From the NCBI GenBank assembly GCA_027925225.1, contig AP027131.1, forward strand, positions 510,001-542,000: 32,000 nt of DNA, in the 5' to 3' direction. Below, in pieces: positions 9,667 through 20,581 of the stretch. The notes under the pieces are model-generated. The model made no database searches, was not told the DNA's origin, and was given only the letters and a program-made list of their open reading frames with translations. This stretch comes from Candidatus Saccharimonadota bacterium. Lineage in GTDB: Bacteria > Bacillota_I > Bacilli_A > Mycoplasmatales > Hepatoplasmataceae. Position numbers and translations under genes: made by a program. Every line of letters starts with the position of its first letter. Position 1 is the stretch's first letter.

Positions 9667-9933
9667 CTAAATTAAAATAAGAATAATTACAAGAATTACA
9701 ATTAAAATTAAAAAAAATATTGAAAAATAAATTATTAATTTTTTAATATTAAAATTATTAACTTTTTCAGAATACTTACTTTTAAAAGTATTAGTATATT
9801 CTTGTTTTAATAAACCTTCTTTATCAGTTGAAAATAGTTTTAAATTTAAAGACCCAGATAATTCATTTTTTTTATTTGAATTTGAGAAACTTATTTTCTC
9901 ATTATCTTCAAAAAAAACCTCTCTCTTTTTTTT
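9667..9933 (-). pseudogene. Out-of-frame C-terminal segment of the Ser/Thr kinase (juxtamembrane region plus terminal TM helix)
   Basis: This frame opens at the A10 tract (9935-9926 on the coding strand). It reads KKREVFFEDNEKISFSNSNKKNELSGSLNLKLF...KKLIIYFSIFFLILIVILVIILILI and ends at the TAG at 9669-9667. One extra A in the tract would fuse it to the kinase frame. Confidence 0.5.
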
Positions 9934-10802
9934 TTATCTTTTCTAATAATTGGTTTTATTTTTACCATTCTTCCTTCAATTTTATTTATATATCTATTTA
10001 ATATTTCTATTGCGGCTTCTGAATTTCTATATCTATTAATATAATCCTTTTCAATCATTTTCATTACAATAAGTTCTAATTCTAAATCAATATCAGGATT
10101 AAGTCTAGAAATTCTTTCTGGTTCTTTTAAAAGAATTTGCCTTGCTGTATCTTCATGATTTACACCATAAAAAGGAACTACACCAGTTAACATTTTATAC
10201 ATTAAAACCCCCACTGAAAATATTTCAGAAGATGGAGTGGCTTTTTCACCCTTAAATATTTCTGGAGCAAGATATTGAATTGTTCCTATTATGCTTGCTT
10301 GTTTTGTTAAATCTTGACTAGTTGAAGCTTGTACAATTCCAAAATCCATTAGTTTTATTTTATTTTCAAGATTTAAAACAATATTTGCAGGTTTTAAGTC
10401 TCTATGCATTATTCCTTGTGCATGAATTTTTTTTAATGCTTCAAAAATTTGTATTGAATATTTTACAGTATCTTTATTAGAAATAAAATTTCTTTCTTCT
10501 ATAAGCTTATCTATTGTTTTTCCTCTTACATATTCCATTACAAGAATTCTACGATCATCAAAATTAAAAAAATCATATGTTTCTACAATATTTGGGTGAT
10601 TTAATGATAAAAGTGTTTCTGCTTCAAGTTTAAATCTTTTATCCATATTAGAAAACTCTTCATTTTCGTTTTGAACTTTTAAAGCAACATTTCTATTATT
10701 TTTTAAATCTTCTGCAAGATAAACAACAGCGGAAGCGCCTTTCCCAAGAACTCTATCGATTTTATATTGATCTTTTATTAATTTACCTTTACTTCAATTC
10801 AT
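9891..10802 (-). CDS. prkC: Ser/Thr protein kinase (PrkC/PknB-like), kinase domain as currently in frame
   Basis: The ATG at 10802 gives MNWSKGKLIKDQYKIDRVLGKGASAVVYLAED, which includes the glycine-rich loop. HRDLKPANIVL, DFGI and APE motifs follow. The frame ends at the TAA at 9893-9891, shortly after an A10 tract. Confidence 0.9.
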
Positions 10803-11523
10803 AATTTACTAAAATACAAGTCATATTATCTACAGATTTATTTTTTTCAGCTGTTTCTATTATTTTTTTTGTTTTCTCCTCAATTGTTGTCTTTTTTTTT
10901 AGTATTTTATTATATTCTTCATCTTTTAAATAATTATGTACACCATCAGAGGTTATTATTATGTACCCTTTTTTGTCTAACAAAGTAACATAAATATCAA
11001 CCTTAGAATCTCTTCTTGGACCCAAAGCAGATGTAAGATAATTTGTGAAATTTGAATACTTCTTAAATGCATCATTTTTTTTTGCAAGTTGAGCAAGATT
11101 ATGATCCTCCGAAATTTGAAAATGATGATTTTTTTCTCAAAGTGTTGCTCTGCTGTCTCCTATATTTATCGTAAATAATTTGTTTCCATAAAAAATATTT
11201 AAATTTAAGGTAGTTCCCATATCAAAACTTAAATCTCTTTTTTCAACTTCTTCATTTAAAAAAGATTGAATATCTTTCATATAAGTAATTAAAAGATTTT
11301 GAATTTCAACATCACTTAAATTATTAAAATCAATATTATAAAATATTTTTTTAACAAGTTCAATAGTCATTTTAGAAGCTAATTTTCCATCTAAATGACC
11401 ACCCATTCCATCAGCCACTGCTGCTACAATATATTTATTTTTTGTGTCAAAAATTATAAAATCATCTTGATTTTCATTTCTTATACCTTGCCTCGTAAGA
11501 CCTGCATATTTATATCTAATCAT
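10789..11523 (-). CDS. prpC: PP2C-family Ser/Thr protein phosphatase
   Basis: Track ORFs 11137-11523 and 10789-11025 share one frame and are joined across TGA. The sequence contains RNENQDDF, VADGMGGH and the C-terminal DNMTCILV. Its end overlaps the kinase start by 14 nt. Confidence 0.9.
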
Positions 11524-11545
11524 TTTTAAATCATATCAATTATAT

Positions 11546-12058
11546 TTATTTTTTAGTTTCTTCTATAATATTTCTATTTTCTATCGATTTATTACTAATA
11601 TTATTAATTTCATTAAAATCATCTAAAGAAAATTTTAAATTATTATAAATATCTTCTTTAATATTATTGTTAATTTTGTCATTAATAAGATGTTCATTTT
11701 CTTTCAAAAGTAAATCTTCTTTCATTAAAGATAAAACATGAGTTAATGTTTTATCCTGTTTTTTTAATATTTCTTCTATATTTTTTGTAGTTTCCTCTAA
11801 ATTTATTGAAATTTTTTTTGATTCAGTTATATTTATTTTTAATTTTTTTGTTGTTTCATTAGATTCTTTTCAAATAAAAATTGTAAGAAAAAATGCAATA
11901 AAAGTAAAAAAAGAAGAAATTATAGTAAAAATATTAGTAAAAATTATAGTAATTGGAATTAAAAAAGCAATAATTATTAAAAATAAAAAAAACAACCAAA
12001 ATAATGAAGAGTGTTTATTTTTTTCTTTTATATTTAAAACTTTTTCATGAAATTTCAT
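11546..12058 (-). CDS. Hypothetical membrane protein with coiled-coil-like C-terminal region (170 aa)
   Basis: Track ORF 11870-12058 continues through TGA to the TAA at 11548-11546. An N-terminal hydrophobic block (LFWLFFLFLIIIAFLIPITIIFTNIF...) is followed by a polar K/E/N-rich region. No homology recognised. Confidence 0.6.
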
Positions 12059-12065
12059 GTATTTA

Positions 12066-12830
12066 TTATTCTAAATAAAATGGTAAATTTTTTTGAAAAT
12101 AAGTTATTATGTCTTTTTTATCAATTGGAACTCATAATTTTGAAGAATCTCAATTTTTACTTCATGGTAATGTTTTGTGACTTTCTTGTATTAATATTTC
12201 TAAAGAAAATTTTTTTAATGTTAAATAACACTTTTCTAAAATGCTTTTTGTATTTTTGTCAATACTATCAAAATCTATTTGAATGGGATCATCCATTGTT
12301 AAATAATTGTAATGACTAGTAATTGGTCCATTTTCAAAAGCATATCATTTTATATTTTCTTCATTTAAAAAAAAATTATCACTTACAATTTTATTAATTT
12401 CATTTTTTGAAATGTCTTTCATTGAGTAAAAATTATTTCTTAATTTTTGATTAATATAAATAAAACCAGCAAACATAAAATAAAGAATTTTATATTTTCA
12501 CATTTTATTTATTAATAAATTCTCAGGAAGAAAGAAATTATAAATTTTTTCAAGTTCATTTAATCAATTTCCTAAATTTAATATATTTTTTTCAATTGAA
12601 TTTATTTCTAAATTCTCTATCTTTTCTATTTTTAAATTATTTATTTTTTTAATTTCATCTCTACTTTTATTTAAGTAATTTTTAATTTCATTAATGTATA
12701 TTTCATAATCAATAGATAAATATTTACTTTTCTCATTAATAAAATTTTTTATTTTTTTTTCATATTTTCTATTCAATTCTTTTATTTCAATTGTTTTTAA
12801 TCAATATAAAAAGTCTTCATTTTTTCTCAT
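12066..12830 (-). CDS. Hypothetical protein (254 aa)
   Basis: The ATG at 12830 gives MRKNEDFLYW. The frame contains track ORF 12564-12776 and continues through several TGA codons to the TAA at 12068-12066. A 765-nt frame free of TAA/TAG in DNA this AT-rich argues for coding. No domain recognised. Confidence 0.6.
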
Positions 12831-12931
12831 GTTCTTTTTTTAAAAAGTATTAATTTTATATTTATTTTCTCATTTTATCAAGAAAATTATATATCCTTAA
12901 TATCTAAAAAAATTTAAAAAAAATGTTTTTT

Positions 12932-13519
12932 TTATTTATTGTTTTTTTTATTTATTTCTTTTGAAATAATTTTTTCTATTTTTTTTATTGTATTTTCTAA
13001 ATTGCCATTTATAACTTTATATTTATATTCATAGGCCATTTCAATCTCTTCTTTTGCTCTTTTTATTCTTCTATCAATTAATTCTTCTTCTTCTGTTTTT
13101 CTTTTTTCTAATCTTATTCTAAGTTCTCTTAAATTAGGGGGTTTTATAAAAATAGAAACAACATCTTTTGGAGGGAATTTTTTCATTATTATTAAAGCTC
13201 CTATTGTTTCAATTTCAAGAATTACATTTTTGCCTTTTATTAAATTTTCTTCTACATATTTTTTTTCAGTTCCATAATAGTTTGTTGTAAATCTTGCTCA
13301 CTCTAAGAATTTTTCTCTTTTAATTCTTTTTTCAAATTCTTTTTCATTTATAAAATAATAATCTTTCCCATTTATTTCGTTTTTTCTTGGTTTTCTTGTT
13401 GTTGTTGAAATTGAATAAATAAGATTAAGATTATCATTTTTAAGCAATTCTTTTATTATTGTTCCTTTTCCTACACCCGAAGGTCCAGAAATAAGAATTA
13501 TTCTTCCCCTTGTGTCCAT
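12932..13519 (-). CDS. gmk: Guanylate kinase
   Basis: ILISGPSGVGKGT is the P-loop. The join across TGA reads FLEWARFTTNYYGT. Track ORFs 13298-13519 and 12932-13186 share the frame. Confidence 0.9.
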
Positions 13520-14001
13520 ATTTTCTTAATATCTGTAAGAACTGAATTTGGAACAAGTCCTTCAATAGATTTTTTTGTTTTTAAATAATGTCTTACTAAA
13601 GTAGATGAAATATCTTCAACTCCTTGAAAGCTAAAATAATGAAATGTTAAATCAGGATTTAATTCTAGATATTCATCAGCAATTCTTGATTCGTATTCTG
13701 AAAGATGATGATCTTTGCTTACATTTCCTCTGATAATTACATTAACACCTTTTTCTTTTGCAAAAACTGGTGTTTTTTCATCTTTTTTTTGCATAAAAAC
13801 CGTTACATTAGAAAGACTTAAACTACTCACTGCTTTTTTTACAATAAAATATCTCATTTTTAAATCAGCAATATGATTTTTATATTCGTTATTTGCAACA
13901 TAAATATAAACTTCATCATAACTTCTTGAAGCTAATAAGATTACTTTAATATGTCCATTATGAATTGGATCAAAGGATCCTGGAAAAATTGCTTTGCTCA
14001 T
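13498..14001 (-). CDS. coaD: Phosphopantetheine adenylyltransferase
   Basis: MSKAIFPGSFDPIHNGHIKVI carries the T/HxGH nucleotidyltransferase motif. At 167 aa it has typical CoaD length. It overlaps the gmk start. Confidence 0.9.
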   Translation of the reverse strand: MSKAIFPGSFDPIHNGHIKVILLASRSYDEVYIYVANNEYKNHIADLKMRYFIVKKAVSSLSLSNVTVFMQKKDEKTPVFAKEKGVNVIIRGNVSKDHHLSEYESRIADEYLELNPDLTFHYFSFQGVEDISSTLVRHYLKTKKSIEGLVPNSVLTDIKKIWTQGEE

Positions 14002-14034
14002 TTTATCACCACCTAATAAAAAATAATATTTAAA

Positions 14035-14427
14035 TTATTTTGACACTAGAACAAAAATGCCTCCTAAAATAAAACCAAAAATTAATCCAAGCACACCAGC
14101 AGCAACCTTATTTTCTTTTCCGTTTAAATAATTAACATTTGAAAAAATAGTTCATATAGAGAAAATAATAAGAGGTATTAAAAAAATACTAAATAAAAAT
14201 AATATTGTTAAAAAAAATGAACCTATTATGTTTATTATTGCTCCTGCTTTTCCTAATGCTTCATGTTCAATTTTATTTTTAGTTTTTTTATCAATTGTTA
14301 TATCAATTTTATTTTCTATTTTATTATTTAAATTTTTACTTGTATTTGAAAAATCAATGTACTCACTTTCCATATTTTGATTTTCTTTATATTCAATTTG
14401 ATCATTATATTTTTCTTCTTCAATCAT
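14035..14427 (-). CDS. Hypothetical membrane protein (130 aa)
   Basis: Track ORF 14152-14427 continues through TGA to the TAA at 14037-14035. It has two hydrophobic segments (IIGSFFLTILFLFSIFLIPLIIF and VAAGVLGLIFGFILGGIFVLV). Confidence 0.6.
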
Positions 14428-14457
14428 ATTAAAAAAATTATAACTTTTAAAAAAAAA

Positions 14458-15000
14458 TTATTTATTTTTTAAAAAATAAATTTCCCTTTCTCCTAATTTT
14501 TTAATTTTAAAAACAAAAAATAAATCTATATTTTTTATTTTATCTTTATAAAGTTTTTCAAGAACAATTATTCCCTCGCCGCTTAAAATATTATTCTCTT
14601 TTATTATTCTTAAAGATTCATCATAGTAATTTTTTGCAACAAATGGAGGATCTAAAAAAATTATTGTAGGTTTAAAATCTAAATTTTTTAAAAATCTTCT
14701 AAAATCAGTAAAAAAAACTTTATAGTAATTTTTATTTAAATTTAAATCATTTATGTTCTTCTTTATTGCTCTATAAGATTCTAAATTATTATCAGCAAAA
14801 TAAACTTTTTTTGCGCCTGCAGAAATTGATTCAAAGCCAAGTAAGCCAGTTCCAGCAAAAATATCAATCACTTCATCTTTTTCATCAATTTTTAATGTAT
14901 TAAAAATAACAGATTTTGCTCTTGCTTCCGTTGGTCTCATATTTAGGTTTTTACCAACAATTATTTTTTTCCCTTTTAAATTACCATATGCTACTTTCAT
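14458..15000 (-). CDS. rsmD: 16S rRNA (guanine966-N2)-methyltransferase RsmD-like
   Basis: DIFAGTGLLGFESISAGA is the SAM-binding motif and FLDPPF is the catalytic DPPF/Y motif. At 180 aa the length fits. Confidence 0.85.
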   Translation of the reverse strand: MKVAYGNLKGKKIIVGKNLNMRPTEARAKSVIFNTLKIDEKDEVIDIFAGTGLLGFESISAGAKKVYFADNNLESYRAIKKNINDLNLNKNYYKVFFTDFRRFLKNLDFKPTIIFLDPPFVAKNYYDESLRIIKENNILSGEGIIVLEKLYKDKIKNIDLFFVFKIKKLGEREIYFLKNK

Positions 15001-15058
15001 AAGAAAAACTATTAAATAAACAATAATTTGTTTAATAAATTATTGAAACAAAATAAAA

Positions 15059-15703
15059 ATGGAATTCCTATTTTTAAATAATTTCTTTATAATTTATATA
15101 ATTATTATGGCAAAAGATGCAAAAAAAGTTAAACTTAAAGCAAATGATAGAATAGATGTTGATGACATAATAAAGGAAGATAATTCTATTTTAAGAGAAA
15201 TTTCTTTTGATGTACCTTATCCTTTAATGAAAGAAGATAAAAAATTAATGCATCAATTAATTGATTATGTTCGTTCATCTATTGATGATGATGAAAAAGC
15301 AAAAAGAAATTTAAAATCAGCTTATGGACTAAGTGCAATTCAACTAGGCCAAAGAAAAAAAATGCTTTTTGTTAGAGTTGAAAATGAATTTGGTGGTTTA
15401 CCAGAAGAATTTGCTCTTATAAATCCAAGAATAATTGAAAAATCTGATCGATATTCTTATTTAGAAGATGGAGAATCTTGTCTTTCAGTAGAAGATATTC
15501 ATAAAGGTCTTGTAAATAGACATTATATGATTAAAATTGTTGCAATAGATTATTTTACTGATAGAGAAGTGGAAATAGAAGCAAAAGGACTTACTGCAAT
15601 TGTTCTTCAACATGAAATGGATCATCTATTAGGAATACTTTTTTACGATAGAATAAATAAATTGAACCCATATTACATAAAAAAAGGTGCAATAAAAATT
15701 TAA
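15059..15703 (+). CDS. def: Peptide deformylase
   Basis: All three Def motifs are present: GLSAIQLG, ESCLSV (EGCLS-type) and QHEMDHL. The start is uncertain. The internal ATG at 15107 (MAKDAKK, 198 aa) is an equally plausible start. Confidence 0.9.
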   Translation: MEFLFLNNFFIIYIIIMAKDAKKVKLKANDRIDVDDIIKEDNSILREISFDVPYPLMKEDKKLMHQLIDYVRSSIDDDEKAKRNLKSAYGLSAIQLGQRKKMLFVRVENEFGGLPEEFALINPRIIEKSDRYSYLEDGESCLSVEDIHKGLVNRHYMIKIVAIDYFTDREVEIEAKGLTAIVLQHEMDHLLGILFYDRINKLNPYYIKKGAIKI

Positions 15704-15766
15704 ATTTAATATATAGAAAGAATAAGTTTTAATTTTATTAAGAATTTAAAACTTAATAGGAATGTT

Positions 15767-17500
15767 ATGGAAATTAAAAAAAAAGAAAATAATAATGAAT
15801 TAAAAGAAAATAACAATGAAATAAAACAAACAAGAAGAGATGTTCCACCTACTTATATTTTTGCTTTAGGAGGGCTTGGTGAAGTTGGAAAAAATATGTA
15901 TGTGGTAGAACAAGGAAATGAAATTTGAATTATTGATGCTGGAATTAAATTTTCCTCTGAAATAAGCATAGAAGGAGTAATACCTTCTTTTGATTGACTT
16001 GAAAAAAATAATAACCGTATAAGAGGACTTATAATAACTCACGGACATGAAGATCATATTGGTTGTGTTCCTCATCTTTTAAATAAAGTTAAAATACCAA
16101 AAATTTATGCTGGTAGAATTGCTGCAAATTTAATTTGAAATAAAATGAATGAAAAATCTACAATTAAACCAAAATTGGAAATTATTACAAACAAATCTAA
16201 AATAAATACATTAAATTTTAAAATTGAATTTTTTAATGTAAATCACTCTATTCCAGATTGTTTAGGGGTTCATTTTACTTCTAAAAATGGAACAATTGTT
16301 CATACTGCAGACTTTAAATTTGATTTTTCTCCAGTGGGTGCTAGAGCAGATCTTTTTAAAATGGCAGATTATGGAAATAAAGGAGTTACTATATTACTTT
16401 CGGATTCAACAAATGCACAATCAAAAGACTTTTCACTTTCAGAATCAACAGTAAGTGAAACAATTAGTGAAATTGTAAATGCTGCAAAAGGAAGAGTAAT
16501 AATTGCAACTTTTGCTTCTAATGTTTTTAGAGTAAGAGAAATTATAAATATTGCATTAAAAAGTAATCGTAAAATTCTTGTTTTTGGATACTCAATGGAT
16601 AAGGTTGTAAAAATTTCAAGAAAAATAAAATATGTAAATGCTAGTGATGATCTTTTTGTAAGTCCAAAAGAAATAAAAAATTATGATGATAATAAAATTC
16701 TCGTTATTTCAACAGGAACACAAGGTGAAGAATTGGCTTCTCTTTCAAAAATGGCTCACAGAACACATAAAGATATAAGTCTAAGAAAAGAAGATACAGT
16801 TATTTTTGCATCTTCAGCGATACCTGGAAATTTTGCAGCTGTTGAAAATGTGACAAATAGATTAATTAAAATTGGATGTAAAGTTTATAACAATAAAAAT
16901 TATCCTGGCGTTCATGCTTCAGGACACGGTGGACTTCAAGAACAATTATTAATGATAAATCTTTTAAAACCTATCTACTTCTTTCCAATTCATGGAGAAA
17001 CAGCTATGCAAATTCAGCATGGAAAAACTGCTGTAAAATCAAAACTCTTAAAACCAGAAAATATTTTTATTCTTTCTAATGGAGAAAAATTAAAAATGGA
17101 AAACGGGATTGTAGAAAAATCAAATAAAATTTCAGTAGAAGATATATATGTTGATGATACAAATTTAGATGGACAATCTTTAAAAGTTATAAACGATAGA
17201 AATAAAATGTCTGAAAATGGTGTTATTTTAATAAATGTAGGAATTAATTCTAAGCAAAATAAAATTATAATTAAACCAGAAATTATTTCAAAAGGTGTAA
17301 TACACGAGGAATCAAATTCTGAATTATTTAAAAGAGTAAAAGCAGTTGCTGAAAAAAAATTATTAGAGTATTATAAACATAATTCTAAAATAACTTTTAA
17401 CGGAATTAAAAATACAATAAAATTAACAACAGAAAGAGTATTTTTTGAGGAGAAAAATATTAATCCAATCGTTATTCCAATTGTACTTAATATTAATTAA
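15767..17500 (+). CDS. rnj: Ribonuclease J (metallo-beta-lactamase/beta-CASP RNase)
   Basis: The ATG at 15767 is in frame with track ORF 16145-17500, joined through TGA codons. The N-terminus reads [18 protein letters not shown] and is followed by [12 protein letters not shown]. Total 577 aa. Confidence 0.9.
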
Positions 17501-17506
17501 GCAACT

Positions 17507-18514
17507 ATGAAAAGAATTGTATCAGGAATTACAGCAACAGGAAATCTACATATAGGAAATTATATTGGAGCAATTCAATATCTTTTAAAAGAGCAAGATA
17601 AAAATAATGAACTATTTGTTTTCGTTGCTGATTTACATGGTCTTACAATACCAATAGATCCAAAACTCATAAATCAAAACACAAAAGAAATTATAAAGTT
17701 ATATCTTGCATGCGGGCTCGATCCAAAAAAAGTAAAATTATTTGTTCAGTCAGAAATAAAAGAACACACCGAACTTTTTTATCTTCTTTCTACATTAACA
17801 AATATAGGCCAACTTGAAAGAATGACACAATATAAAGACAAAATGATTAAACAAAAAAATAAAACAAATGTAATTCCAACAGGAATTTTAATTTATCCTA
17901 TTTTAATGGTAGCTGATATTCTTCTTTATAATCCTGATTCAGTAATTGTTGGTCAAGATCAAAAACAACATATTGAATTAACTAAATTATTAGCACAGAA
18001 ATTAAATAATAATTATGACTTAAAATTTAAAATACCAGAAGCTCAAATTGTTAAAAAAGAAGGCGGTTCTAAAATAATGGCACTTAGAAATCCTGAAGGA
18101 AAAATGTCAAAAAGTGATAATGAAAAAAATAACACAATTTTTCTTTTAGATTCACTAGAAGATATAAATAAAAAAATAACAACAGCACTTACTGATTCTG
18201 AAAATAAAATAAAATATGACCCAATAAAAAAACCAGGAATTTCAAATTTAATAACAATTTATTCTGCTTTTTCTAATCTTTCAATAAAAGAAATTGAAGA
18301 TAAATTTAAGGATTCAAATTATAAAAATTTTAAAGAAGAAATAAGTAATGTTATCATTAATAGACTAAAAATAATACAGAGCAATTTTTCAAAACTTACT
18401 GATAAGGATATTAAAGAAGCTTTAAAATTAAATAGAGATGAAATAAAAAAAATTGCAGCAAATAGTGTTAATAAGGTTAAAAAAAATATGGGATTATTAA
18501 ATTATGTTAACTAA
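17507..18514 (+). CDS. trpS: Tryptophan--tRNA ligase
   Basis: GITATGNLHIGNYIGA is the HIGH-type motif and KMSKS is present. At 335 aa the length fits. Confidence 0.95.
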   Translation: MKRIVSGITATGNLHIGNYIGAIQYLLKEQDKNNELFVFVADLHGLTIPIDPKLINQNTKEIIKLYLACGLDPKKVKLFVQSEIKEHTELFYLLSTLTNIGQLERMTQYKDKMIKQKNKTNVIPTGILIYPILMVADILLYNPDSVIVGQDQKQHIELTKLLAQKLNNNYDLKFKIPEAQIVKKEGGSKIMALRNPEGKMSKSDNEKNNTIFLLDSLEDINKKITTALTDSENKIKYDPIKKPGISNLITIYSAFSNLSIKEIEDKFKDSNYKNFKEEISNVIINRLKIIQSNFSKLTDKDIKEALKLNRDEIKKIAANSVNKVKKNMGLLNYVN

Positions 18515-19394
18515 AAAAGATAAAGAAAAAAGATGATTAATAACAATAGATTTAGACGGAACACTAATTTCAAATGGAAATGAAAAAACAGAAACTGATG
18601 AATACACAATTAGTGAGAAAAATATTAAATCAATTCAAAAATGTATTGATTTAGGACATAAAGTTGCAATAGTTACCGGTAGACCATGAAGAAATACAAA
18701 AACTATTTATGAAAAAATAAATCTTCATACAATTGTTGGAAATTATAATGGTGCACATATTCATCACCCACATGATGTTGGATTTTCTGAAATTAAAACT
18801 GCAATGAATAGAAAAAATTTTAGAAGAATACTTGATATTGATTTAGTTAAAAAAACTTTAAAAAATTTTATTATTGAATTTGATGATGCAACTTATATGT
18901 ATGATACAAAAGATAAAAAGATGAGAGCACTTTTTCATATTGAAGATAAAGAGCATTCTAATTTATTACAATGCGGATTAGATTTTCTTCCTCATAAAGA
19001 CCCTTTTGTTATGGCATTTAGATTTGATTATTCAAAAACAGACAGATATACATTAATTACAACACTTAAAAGAAAATTTGGTCAAGCATTAAATTTTAGA
19101 TATTGAATAAATGATTATAGAAAAACATTATGTATGGAAGTAAATCAAAAATTTATTTCAAAAGCATATGCAATGAATTTTATTGCAAGTTATTATAATA
19201 TTCCGCAATCACAAACAATAGCTTTTGGAGACGGCGAAAATGACGTAGAAATGTTAAATACAGCTGAATTAGGTGTAGCTATGAAAAATTCAACAGATCT
19301 TGTAAAATCATATGCTAGAGATGTAACTGATTATAATAATTATGAAGATGGTGTTGGAAAATATTTAGATAAATTTTTTAAAAAAGAAAATTAA
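18504..19394 (+). CDS. Cof-type HAD-IIB family phosphatase
   Basis: The ATG at 18504 is in frame with track ORFs 18804-19106 and 19134-19394, joined through TGA. ITIDLDGTLI is HAD motif I and AFGDGENDVEML is motif IV. Confidence 0.85.
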
Positions 19395-19402
19395 AAATTA
19401 AT

Positions 19403-20515
19403 TTATTTTTTTCTATTTTCTTTCTCTTTTTTTTTGTTTTCTTTTGAATGCATTTTATTAAATTGTTTTTTTCTTTTTTCTCTAATTGTTTTATCTTCTA
19501 ATGTTTGAGGGGCCCAACCATGAAATTTTGAATATGCATACTTTGCTTGCGTAGCATATAAAAATGCATCTTCATCAACACTTTTAACAATTTTAACAAT
19601 ATCTTGAAATTCTTCAGAATTTATAAGAATTTTAAGAATTAATCTTTTTTCTTTTGTATACCCTCCAAAAACTTCTTCTATCGAATGACCTCTGTGATAA
19701 TTCATTTCAATTAATTTTGCAGAAATTAATTGAACTTTTTTTGAATTTATTTCTACTAAATATTTTCTTGAAGTAGGATAAATATATCCAACAAGAAATG
19801 CATATGTAATAATAAAAAGTAATGAACCTAAAATCTCTGGCGCAAATAAAACTTGATCTATAAAAACTGAAAAACTCGTAATATCAGTACTAATTATTTG
19901 AATTATTATTATCCAAAAAAATGAAGAAATGATACTTGCAATTAATAAAACTTGTGATAAATTATAGCCTTTTTCTCTTCCGTAATATCTAGTAACTGGA
20001 TCAATGCCTAATGAAGTAGATCCCTGTGAAAATATAAGTCCTCCAGAAATACCATAAAGAACACCTCCCACAATACTCATAATTACTGTTTCAGCAATAG
20101 TTATATTAACTACTCCACTTTCATCTTTAAAATAAGATGCTGTATCAAAACCAGGAACATAGGAAAAGAAAAATGATGAAATAAGCATTACAAAAAATGT
20201 ATACAATGAAAGATAAATAAATTTCTTACCATAGTAAAAATATGAAAAAACAACAACTGGAATATTTATAGCAACTACTATAGCCCAATAAATAATAAGA
20301 ATTAATTGCTGGTCATCAGCTTTACCTATAGATGTTGTTATTGTATAAGAAATACCTTGTGCAAATCCACCTAAACCTGCCGAAAGTATTCCAAGAGGAA
20401 TAATAAAATAATTTAAAGCAAATGACATTAAAATACCAGAAAAAGTCAAAATTAAAATTCTTTTAAAAAAAGAACTGCTTAAAGATTTTGATTTACCAAA
20501 TTTATCAATTGCCAT
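19403..20515 (-). CDS. YitT-family membrane protein (DUF2179 C-terminal domain)
   Basis: The polytopic hydrophobic N-terminal part contains GLGGFAQGISY. The soluble C-terminal domain (GHSIEEVFGGYTKEKRLILKILINSEEFQDIVKIVKSVDEDAFLYAT) resembles DUF2179. Confidence 0.7.
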   Translation of the reverse strand: MAIDKFGKSKSLSSSFFKRILILTFSGILMSFALNYFIIPLGILSAGLGGFAQGISYTITTSIGKADDQQLILIIYWAIVVAINIPVVVFSYFYYGKKFIYLSLYTFFVMLISSFFFSYVPGFDTASYFKDESGVVNITIAETVIMSIVGGVLYGISGGLIFSQGSTSLGIDPVTRYYGREKGYNLSQVLLIASIISSFFWIIIIQIISTDITSFSVFIDQVLFAPEILGSLLFIITYAFLVGYIYPTSRKYLVEINSKKVQLISAKLIEMNYHRGHSIEEVFGGYTKEKRLILKILINSEEFQDIVKIVKSVDEDAFLYATQAKYAYSKFHGWAPQTLEDKTIREKRKKQFNKMHSKENKKKEKENRKK

Positions 20516-20581
20516 CTTAAAATGTAAATAAAATTATCCTTAATGATAACACCAACAAAGGAAAAAATGAAATAATGTATT

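Noticed and set aside
9891-10802. Calling the kinase simply a pseudogene
   Set aside because: The complete catalytic domain is intact and in frame. Only the membrane tail is displaced, so a functional soluble kinase or a sequencing artefact are both at least as likely.
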